From assembly GCA_965214775.1 (NCBI GenBank), contig OZ243974.1:2358632-2390631 (forward strand): a stretch of DNA of 32,000 bases, in the 5' to 3' direction. The position numbers and the translations under genes are program-made. The notes under the pieces were generated by a model. That model made no database searches. It was not told the origin of the DNA and was given only the letters and a program-made list of their open reading frames with translations. Position 1 is the stretch's first letter. Every line of letters starts with the position of its first letter. This stretch comes from Nitrosopumilus sp. (GTDB lineage Archaea > Thermoproteota > Nitrososphaeria > Nitrososphaerales > Nitrosopumilaceae). Of the stretch, positions 23,870 through 31,190 are shown piece after piece.

Positions 23870-23939
23870 CTAATTTCCATATGAAACATTCATAGACCCG
23901 ATCTGTTACAATTAAATACTAATTTTATGTGTGGCAAGT

Positions 23940-24041
23940 ATGGTAAAAGGTGAGAAGATTCATCAAGAAAAATTAAGAGAAATCGCCATTAGAACCATAG
24001 ACAAGAACAAGGCAGTATTTGAAAGACTGGCTGAAATTTAA
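23940..24041 (+). CDS. 33-aa putative antitoxin upstream of doc
   Basis: MVKGEKIHQEKLREIAIRTIDKNKAVFERLAEI. Its TAA overlaps the doc ATG (TAATG at 24039-24043). It is too short for the ORF track. Confidence 0.45.
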   Translation: MVKGEKIHQEKLREIAIRTIDKNKAVFERLAEI

Positions 24042-24667
24042 TGAAACAGTTATCCCAAGAAGACTTGTTACAACTTCACACTATTGTTGAAGAGCATTTT
24101 AATGTATTTCGAGGTGTGAAAGATAAAGGGTTACTTTCATCTATTGCAGATAGACCAACTCAACAAATCGGTTCGTTGATGCCATATGACAATATCTTCA
24201 AGCAAGCAGCTAGTCTAATGGAAGGAATTATTAGAATGCATCCGTTCTATGATGGAAATAAAAGAACCGGCTTACTTGCAGCTATATGTTACTTGGAAAT
24301 TAATGGATTTTCTACAATAATCCCTTTGGATTCTGTTAGATTTACTGTTTTAATTGCAAAGAACCAAGATAACGATTCCGAATCAAATAAGGAATTAATT
24401 AACGAAATCTCAAAATGGCTTAGAAGACATTCATCCAAATCAAATAGCAGAATGTTAAATTTTAAAGAATTATGGTATGTTAAACTTCCAGTAGCTGGAC
24501 TATTGTATCTAGCACAATATGGTCGAATGACTAAATATGTTCATTCCATAATTTCTGAATGGTTGGCATTTGATATTTATCCCGAATATGCAAAAGAGGT
24601 AAAAGAAATCGTGGAGTTTATTCAAGAATTACTAGAAAAGAAAAGTGTTTGGGATTTAAAGAAATAA
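24041..24667 (+). CDS. doc: Doc (death-on-curing) family Fic-fold toxin with canonical motif and C-terminal extension
   Basis: MHPFYDGNKRTGLLAAICYLEINGF matches HxFxDGNKR exactly. The 208-aa protein is about 80 aa longer at the C-terminus than minimal Doc proteins. Confidence 0.75.
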   Translation: MKQLSQEDLLQLHTIVEEHFNVFRGVKDKGLLSSIADRPTQQIGSLMPYDNIFKQAASLMEGIIRMHPFYDGNKRTGLLAAICYLEINGFSTIIPLDSVRFTVLIAKNQDNDSESNKELINEISKWLRRHSSKSNSRMLNFKELWYVKLPVAGLLYLAQYGRMTKYVHSIISEWLAFDIYPEYAKEVKEIVEFIQELLEKKSVWDLKK

Positions 24668-24819
24668 AATGATGTGAAACTAATTTCTAGCAGATTTAGA
24701 TATCTGTCATAACCCATCAAACACTAATGAATCATGTATCTTTGTGACAGTTCGTGTTTGTGAAGTGATTTGTGATTCTAGGCATGATTTACATCCAAGA
24801 CATCCTGTATTTTGGAATC

Positions 24820-25026
24820 AAAACCACGCCTGAGCTTCAGAATCACGAGCTGTTATGATTGAGGAATACGGGCACCAGTCAAAGAGGGACATGCTTGGTC
24901 TCCGAGTACTATTCCGCGCTTGAGGCGATGAGGCGCGCGCTGTCAGAATATCTGAGAACGTCCAGCACTCAGCTTGATGTCAGAAGGTTCATCCGAAGGG
25001 GATCGATTTTATTCACGAACTTGTGA
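24820..25026 (+). pseudogene. IS630-like transposase C-terminal fragment
   Basis: KTTPELQNHELL*...EYYSALEAMRRALSEYLRTSSTQLDVRRFIRRG parallels the C-terminus of the 22214-23228 transposase (ISELRHAISEYYRTAS...). It contains an in-frame stop. Confidence 0.5.
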
Positions 25027-25029
25027 TCG

Positions 25030-25082
25030 GCAGTATGCAAATTACTGCAAATTCGTGCCTAGTTGCTTAAGATGAGGTGACC
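25030..25082. mobile_element. MITE family A right-half fragment
   Basis: ..attcgtgcctagttgcttaagatgaggtgacc. Its last 9 nt are repeated at 25213-25221 as the TSD of the MITE-D insertion. Confidence 0.55.
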
Positions 25083-25212
25083 GGGGTTGTTTCCTAATTC
25101 CACTTGCCTGATTCAATCTGTATGTTTTTCTGAATTTTCGCCCTTTTGCACGCCTGATCCATGTGGTATCTCAACGGTTTTCAGGAATTCTGACGAATTA
25201 GGAAACAACCTC
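25083..25212. mobile_element. MITE family D (130 bp)
   Basis: The 18-bp terminal inverted repeats are ggggttgtttcctaattc / gaattaggaaacaacctc. A perfect 9-bp duplication gaggtgacc lies at 25074-25082 and 25213-25221. Confidence 0.85.
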
Positions 25213-25379
25213 GAGGTGACCTCTGCCCTCTCTTTGTCTGTGGGGGACAGGGGCAAGATTGCTACTTTCGTTTACGCATAAAATCTAGTAATGACTTCTT
25301 ACCGCTTGCCATATTGAAGACATCAAAAATAAAAAAATTAGGAAAGGGGTTTTGAAAGCACCCCGGTAGCTTCCTGTCG

Positions 25380-25751
25380 TTATCGGTGTATGCGGCGCCG
25401 CCGTGGTGCCGCATATTTGCCTATGTTCGTATGTGCTATGATCTTGCCATTGATGATGTTTTTCTTGTATTTGAGGGCGTGACACAGACCGTATGCGACC
25501 AGGAATTCAAACGGCTCGCCGTGTACTCTTACATAGTACATGTTGTACGTCATCATGTGATACCCATAGCAGAGGTATGGCCCAAACGTAATCGTACACT
25601 CCGTCGTCCTGCTCTTGGTTTCCTCACCGGTGCGAAAGAGAACGTTGTCTGGCTGCGAAAGGTCGCCTGGCATCCTAGCATCGGGGAGTGTCCCCCTATC
25701 TGTGACATTGATGTCACATCCGTCCAAAAACTCTTGGAATTCTTCATTCAT
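25380..25751 (-). pseudogene. truncated paralogue of the 167-aa unknown protein (30307-30810)
   Basis: The first about 110 aa align colinearly with 30307-30810 (MPGDxSQPDNxLFRTGEET..CTITFGPY.C.GYHMM..FLVAYGLCHALK.KKNIxNGKIIA.TNI). It then diverges into an unrelated Arg-rich tail. The upstream promoter region is also similar. Confidence 0.6.
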
Positions 25752-25869
25752 ACCGCAAATCTGGCACTTTTATTTATTATCTGTTTTTTTAAAGATGCCG
25801 ATGGTTATAATATATGAAGAGTAGGTCCACTAGTCATCTATGTCCTTCTACATTTTAGGTCTTTTTTCC

Positions 25870-25997
25870 GGGATTGTTTCCTAATTCCACCTGCCTGACT
25901 CAGTCTATGTTTTTCTGAATTTTTGCCCTTTTGCACGCTTTATCCGTGTGGCATCTCAACGGTTTTCAGGAATTCTGGCGAATTAGGAAACAACTCC
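25870..25997. mobile_element. MITE family D, second copy (same orientation)
   Basis: gggattgtttcctaattc...gaattaggaaacaactcc. No TSD is recognisable. It abuts the next MITE. Confidence 0.75.
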
Positions 25998-25998
25998 A

Positions 25999-26119
25999 GT
26001 AATAGAAGGATGGCCCATGCCTAGGCAGCAATCAGGTGTATGTTTGACTGCAGCTGTGATTTTCATGCCTGTCCGGCAGTGGATCATGACTTCAATCTAA
26101 CTAGGGGTTATCCTATTAC
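25999..26119. mobile_element. MITE family A2, diverged copy
   Basis: gtaatagaaggatggcccatgcctaggcagcaatcagg...ctgcagctgtgattttcatgcc...ctaggggttatcctattac. It ends 8 nt from the helicase stop codon. Confidence 0.65.
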
Positions 26120-26127
26120 ATTTAAAG

Positions 26128-28779
26128 TCAAAACAAGGAGAAAAAGTCCAACGCATCCTGCTTTGACAACTCTTTGTTCTTGGTTTGGCAGTAACTTGTG
26201 ACAAACGTGCATTTGGGACATCCTCCCCATTGCTCACCATGCTTTACCTGCTGTCTCTGCTTTGAATCCACAGGACACCTGCAATCAGACAGCAGGGAAC
26301 GGCAGGTATCCAGAATCTTTTCAAATTCCTCAAAGACAATCTTGCTGCACCCGTTAAATCCATCTGACGAATTATCATACAGATAGATTACGCCATTTTC
26401 ATAAAACGAATCAATGTCGTTTGATTCGGATTTCGTAATAATTTTTGCGGCATTAAGCAACACATGTGTTATGGTGTGTATTCCGGGATCTGATGCAATC
26501 TGGCTTTTAGAGGATGATTCAGACGTCAAAACAAACCCGGGAGGGACGGTAATGCCTACTGAGTAATGCTTTGACTTCCAGTTAAAATTTCTCCACGAGG
26601 GAATTGCATCTCCATTAAAGGTTTGGAAATTGTCAGTGGAATCGTTATAGTTCCCCTTCATGTAGCCAGTAATGATCCTGCTCAGCTCGACAAGCCCATA
26701 CCTTAGAGAAATACTAGTCGATTTTTTAGAGATGCTTCTGCGAGCTGCATCCCTTTCGGATGTTTGAAGCATTGATGTTCTGACAATGGGCATCGTTCTT
26801 TTTTGCCCCTCGTACGATCTTTTCAGATAGGCTCTTGCACCGCCCTGTGATTTTATCAGGGAGGTTACCTCGTAGTTTTGCTTGTTGAAATGATAAATTG
26901 CATTTTGATGTAATTGATAGTACCCTACTGGAACATCGCGGGTGCCGATTTTTTTGGAATTAAAATAAATTACAATCTCGCCTGAAGAGCCACGAAGGTT
27001 CACACTGCTTGCAAAATCAAAGAATCGGGACTTGTCATATTCGGCAGCTGATTCCTTTTCCACCCTGACTGATTCGGCATGCCTGTCTGCAATGATTGTG
27101 TTTTTCTTGTTAATCGGTATCACGTGACTCTGAGTCAAATAATCATCAATGTGGCGCGCAAAATAGTGACAGGAGGCATCATCTGGATCAAAAACGCAGA
27201 TTGCATAGGATTTCTGGCCCATTCTGCCTGCACGACCAATCCTCTGCACAAAGGAATCAAACTCGTTTTTGAATGCAGAGATCACCACATCCACACGGCC
27301 AATGTCGATGCCCAGCTCCAATGTCGGAGTGCATGATAAAGCGTCTAGCTCGCCTGCCTTCATCTGAGACTCGTACAGTTTTCTACTGCTCTGATCAAGG
27401 CCCCCGCGATGAACCTGGATGTGCATTCCGTTATTTGCAGATTCTACGTTTGATGCCAGGAATTCCGAATCGTTGTGGGAGTTGCTGAAAATCAACTGTG
27501 TCGATTTATTCCTGTGACAGATGGATGCCAGCATCTCCATGGTGGTTCGCTGGCCAAACTTTCTTGGCATGATAAAGAACATCTCCATGTTTCTTTTCCG
27601 CCCGGTTTTGCTCTTGATGTACGAAAAAGACTCCTGAGGCAGATCAAACATGTCTGAGAAAAATTCCAGGGAGTTATCCAGGGTTGCAGAAGATCCGACA
27701 AACTGGACGTCTTTCATGTAGCGTCTCATCCTCTTTAGAACGTGATACACGTTTGATCCGTGAAAACTGGTATACGAATGCGCCTCATCCATCACGATGA
27801 TTTTTGCGTTTTTGAACAGTATGTTCCATTTTTTGTCTTGTAAAATCAGGTGGTAATTGATAAAATCAAAGTTTGTTGCAATAATTAACGACTTTTTAGA
27901 GGCATCTGAAATTATCATGTCTTTGTATTGGGAACTTTGTCCGCCGTGAATGGAATAGACGCCCACCCTGTCCTTCAAATCACACTTGTCTATCAGGTCT
28001 GATATTTTTGATACCTGGTCATCAATGAGTGCGTTTAGGGGGTATACAAACAGGGCAAACACCCCGGGCTCGGACTCTTGCAAAACTTTCTCTAAAATCG
28101 GTATGCCAAAGGCTTCAGTTTTCCCTGAACCGGTGGGCGCAGAGATGATGGAGTTTTTTCCGTCTAGAATGGAGCGGACAGACTCGTCTTGGAAGGGCAG
28201 CAGTCCCGAAAAACCATACTTTTTAATTCCGTCTAGAATTTTTTGAGACAAGACATCGTTTAGGGATTCAACTGGAATTTTTTCAGGTTCGGGAGATGTC
28301 ATGTTCTCATAATGGACTATCCCCAGGGATTTCTCTTTGTGGCCCTGAATAATCTCATGGACTATCAAATCATCCTCGATGAGATGTTTTGGGATTTTCT
28401 TGATGTCAAATAAAATTTCTTCAGGTATCGGGATTTTTGATTCCGGCTTTTCTTTTTTCTCAGAGTGTTTTTCTGTCTCATCGGCAGGATGACGGGCATC
28501 CGTTGGTTCGGCCGGACCGCCGCATCGATGCGGCTCGTCGGTTCTGGAGTCAATTGGAATGAACTTGCCGCTGTCAGACTTGAACGAGTCGTCCCAATAG
28601 ATCTCAGCGCCGCAACCCCTGGAGCAGGGTTTTGTTTTTCCAGAGCGGTTTGTTCCAAACGTCGGTCCTTTTGGGGTGATCATCTCGGGATTGCATATGG
28701 GGCATATTCCTGGACCCCCGACATCCTGAAGGTTTTGGGAGAGTCTTGTGTCACAAACAGTGCAGAATTTCATGAACAA
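26128..28779 (-). CDS. Zn-ribbon / DEAH-box helicase / DUF1998 (MrfA-type Zn-binding) fusion protein
   Basis: 883 aa. N-terminus: CTVCD..(19)..CPICN and CSRGCGAEIYWDD..GKFIPID..PHRC. Helicase motifs: SAPTGSGKTEAF (I), VMDEAHSY (II), GSSATL (III), QRIGRAGR (VI). C-terminus: DGFNGC..(20)..CRC..(20)..GGCPKC..YCQTKNKELSK, typical of DUF1998. Confidence 0.85.
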   Translation of the reverse strand: MFMKFCTVCDTRLSQNLQDVGGPGICPICNPEMITPKGPTFGTNRSGKTKPCSRGCGAEIYWDDSFKSDSGKFIPIDSRTDEPHRCGGPAEPTDARHPADETEKHSEKKEKPESKIPIPEEILFDIKKIPKHLIEDDLIVHEIIQGHKEKSLGIVHYENMTSPEPEKIPVESLNDVLSQKILDGIKKYGFSGLLPFQDESVRSILDGKNSIISAPTGSGKTEAFGIPILEKVLQESEPGVFALFVYPLNALIDDQVSKISDLIDKCDLKDRVGVYSIHGGQSSQYKDMIISDASKKSLIIATNFDFINYHLILQDKKWNILFKNAKIIVMDEAHSYTSFHGSNVYHVLKRMRRYMKDVQFVGSSATLDNSLEFFSDMFDLPQESFSYIKSKTGRKRNMEMFFIMPRKFGQRTTMEMLASICHRNKSTQLIFSNSHNDSEFLASNVESANNGMHIQVHRGGLDQSSRKLYESQMKAGELDALSCTPTLELGIDIGRVDVVISAFKNEFDSFVQRIGRAGRMGQKSYAICVFDPDDASCHYFARHIDDYLTQSHVIPINKKNTIIADRHAESVRVEKESAAEYDKSRFFDFASSVNLRGSSGEIVIYFNSKKIGTRDVPVGYYQLHQNAIYHFNKQNYEVTSLIKSQGGARAYLKRSYEGQKRTMPIVRTSMLQTSERDAARRSISKKSTSISLRYGLVELSRIITGYMKGNYNDSTDNFQTFNGDAIPSWRNFNWKSKHYSVGITVPPGFVLTSESSSKSQIASDPGIHTITHVLLNAAKIITKSESNDIDSFYENGVIYLYDNSSDGFNGCSKIVFEEFEKILDTCRSLLSDCRCPVDSKQRQQVKHGEQWGGCPKCTFVTSYCQTKNKELSKQDALDFFSLF

Positions 28780-28874
28780 TTACGGGGAACGGCGACCATT
28801 AATGAAGGTATGAAAAATCTGTTCTTTATGTCAGATCAAGACAGAATCAGCTTGTAACATGCCGGGTTCTGGAA

Positions 28875-29140
28875 GATCGGGCATGGATTTTTTTGTCATT
28901 GATGAATGCCGATCAAGATGGAACTTGTCAAAAACAATGTTATTGCCAGTTGAGCGGCTCATACAATTCCAAGAGACACGGCAAAGAAATGTGGTTCATT
29001 TTACACGCAGGTTCAAAAACGAGATCAGCATGAACGATAGCGTGTTTTCTGAGTCTAATATGGGAGAAGCAGTGGCTGGAAATGACCAAGCGACCGGCGC
29101 AAGCAACAGCAGCAGCAGCAGCACGATACTTCCGGTACCG
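28875..29140 (+). pseudogene. internal fragment of a second AbiEii-like gene
   Basis: NVVHFTRRFKNEISMNDSVFSESNMGEAVAGNDQ..STILPV parallels NIIHFTCKFKNEINMDDSVFLEFNMGEAMTGSDQ..STILPL of 17469-18278. The N-terminal catalytic motif and the C-terminal region are missing. Confidence 0.7.
29102..29122 (+). repeat. AGC/GCA trinucleotide microsatellite
   Basis: agc aac (agc)x5 lies inside the AbiEii fragment. It has no counterpart in the intact copy. Confidence 0.9.
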
Positions 29141-29168
29141 TTTTGCAAGCCGGCAGAAACGGTCTTGG

Positions 29169-30107
29169 TCAATCCTTGCCCATCGCAGTATATTTTCCAG
29201 AACGTGCCCTGAAGAAGAATACCGCAGCAGTTGCGCCAAATGTGATGACTGTAGCTGTGAACGCAGTGAACACATACCACGAGTCAAAGAAAAAAGGAGC
29301 GTTTGGATCATGATCCCTGTCCATATAGGTGTCCCCGACTCGGCTATGCTGTATCTTCAGGGCCTCCTCCAGAGTGTTTTTGCCTGTCTCTCCGGTGTCT
29401 GGAACGTCCCCGAAATATGGTGCCGCATAAGCGACCCACGGCAATCCCATGCTGCCCAATACCACATCGGCGCATGGCCACGCCCACACCTCGTCGTGAA
29501 ACTCGGATCGCGGGCAATAGTACTCGTTTATCCAGCCCAGCCCAAACTCCACCATCAGCTGGTTGAGTGATGCGCCAGAGCAGTACACGACTGCAACCGT
29601 CCTGCCATACACGTCTACTGGCTGCATGTCATCAACGTCGTGATATGCCGGCAAACCAGCAGGGCACAGGATTCTGGCAAGGACGGCATGTGGGGCCTCC
29701 GTGTCCCCGCTGTTCTCTACGTCAACCAGCGACAGCCTTATTCTCGTGTTGTCTATGTGCACCGTGTTGCCGTCTATGACGCGCACCATCGTTCCCCTGG
29801 TCATCTTCTCTGGATTGTCAGCCTCTAGGGAATCTGTACTGCCGAAATCCATAATGCCTTTGTCCATCAGGTATGCCAGCGCCACGTCAAATTCGGCAGC
29901 GGTGATATTGCCATTATCAAACAACAGGGCAAGGTTGCGGACCCATGCGGGAACGTATTCTGAGTCCGGCTGCTGTGCAAGTGCCGGCGCCGAGGCAGAA
30001 AACAGGAATGTTAATAGAAACAGGGATGCAAAAAGGGTGCAGACGGCAACAGCATGCCTCCTGCCGACTACCGTACTGGAACCTTGTCTGTCTGCACGGG
30101 CATTCAT
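29169..30107 (-). CDS. secreted/membrane-anchored staphylococcal-nuclease (SNase)-like protein
   Basis: From ATG at 30107: MNARADRQGSSTVVGRRHAVAVCTLFASLFLLTFLFSASAPALA is a signal-like sequence with an RR pair. VRVIDGNTVHIDNTRIRLSLVDVEN...VDVYGRTVAVVYCSGASLNQLMVEFGLGWI fits the SNase fold pattern. There is a C-terminal hydrophobic helix plus RARSGK. Confidence 0.7.
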   Translation of the reverse strand: MNARADRQGSSTVVGRRHAVAVCTLFASLFLLTFLFSASAPALAQQPDSEYVPAWVRNLALLFDNGNITAAEFDVALAYLMDKGIMDFGSTDSLEADNPEKMTRGTMVRVIDGNTVHIDNTRIRLSLVDVENSGDTEAPHAVLARILCPAGLPAYHDVDDMQPVDVYGRTVAVVYCSGASLNQLMVEFGLGWINEYYCPRSEFHDEVWAWPCADVVLGSMGLPWVAYAAPYFGDVPDTGETGKNTLEEALKIQHSRVGDTYMDRDHDPNAPFFFDSWYVFTAFTATVITFGATAAVFFFRARSGKYTAMGKD

Positions 30108-30306
30108 GTGTATTATTGTGCCTGACAAGATAATATGTGTAGTGTTCCAAACGCACGTCTGGTGGATTGCGGCCTGGTCGTAGATGTGTTTCGGGCGGGA
30201 ATGCTTGTACAAAGTGGATCGGGTGCGCACGTATGTGACCGATAATGCACATATCGTGTTGTGAAAGTCGTTTTCGATGATCTTATACACAAAACCGGAT
30301 TTTTGC

Positions 30307-30810
30307 CTAGGTACTGGCCGTGATATTGGAATCGATGAACTCTTTGGCAATCTTTGTGAACTCTTTCTCGTACATCATGACTGCCTTTGGATCGTTCAGA
30401 CGCAGGGACATTATGAAATCATTCAGTCTTTTGCCGTTTACCACGTCAAAGCTGATGTACTTGCTTCCATCTTTCTCATCTATGTTTGTATATGCTATGA
30501 TCTTGCCATTGGTGATGTTTTTCTTGCATTTGAGGGCGTGACACAGACCATATGCGACCAGGAAATCAAACGGTCTGCCATGCGCACTGACATAGTATGT
30601 GTCAGGCATCATCATGTGATATCCCTGACAGGAGTATGGCCCAAACGTGATCGTACAGTTCGTCGTCTTGACCTCGGTTTCCTCACCGGTGCGGAAAAGG
30701 ATGTTATCTGGCTGCGAAACGTCGCCTGGCATCCTGGTGTTTGGCATTGTCCCTCTTTTTGTAACCTTGATGCCACATTCATCCAAAAACATCTGGAATT
30801 TTTGATCCAT
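30307..30810 (-). CDS. uncharacterised 167-aa Cys/His-rich protein (full-length paralogue)
   Basis: The ORF has an AT-rich box upstream (ttttaattttatat). Cys/His residues conserved with the paralogue are C12, C53, C60, H63, C89, H90 and C94. No family was recognised. Confidence 0.6.
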   Translation of the reverse strand: MDQKFQMFLDECGIKVTKRGTMPNTRMPGDVSQPDNILFRTGEETEVKTTNCTITFGPYSCQGYHMMMPDTYYVSAHGRPFDFLVAYGLCHALKCKKNITNGKIIAYTNIDEKDGSKYISFDVVNGKRLNDFIMSLRLNDPKAVMMYEKEFTKIAKEFIDSNITAST

Positions 30811-31190
30811 CCTGCCAATCCAGTACTTTTTTAATTTTATATCTGTTTTTTATTAGACGTAATCGTGGAATACGGCATGTCTGCTAGGATGCCTTTACAA
30901 AGCCGGTTAATCCGTTCTGTCATGAGGAATGATCCGAAATCAGACCGCGCAAGTTTTTCAAATGATCTCACAGTCGATCCGTGTTTTGCCGGTATTCATT
31001 CTGCACCATCTGTCCTGTGCAATCACCCACATATAATCAGAGCCTGCCAATTTCGAATCAGATACGCGTTTGGATTTTTGTCTGCTTGATGAAAACCACG
31101 GAGCCGCACCGCAGTTGAACTGTCTGCGTCTGCCAGTGTTGTCAGGACTCTGACCTCCTTGGCTTTCTGCATGACCGGGGTACTTTTCAC

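Noticed and set aside
7003-26119. The recurring 80-145-bp repeats could be a CRISPR array or arrays.
   Set aside because: The repeats are long, have terminal inverted repeats and target-site duplications, occur in both orientations and are spaced irregularly by kilobases. There are no short uniform spacers and no cas genes. They behave as MITEs.
29082-30252. Several 60-160-aa ORFs on the plus strand and in other frames (29082-29570, 29303-29566, 29701-30183, 29917-30252 and others).
   Set aside because: They overlap the G+C-rich nuclease gene in antisense or alternative frames, have Arg/Pro/Cys-rich low-complexity translations and no motifs.
30108-30350. Long N-terminal extension of the nuclease ORF (start 30350, overlapping the 167-aa gene).
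   Set aside because: It would place the signal-like hydrophobic segment about 100 aa into the protein. ATG 30107 gives a conventional n-region/h-region/AxA signal. The choice remains uncertain.
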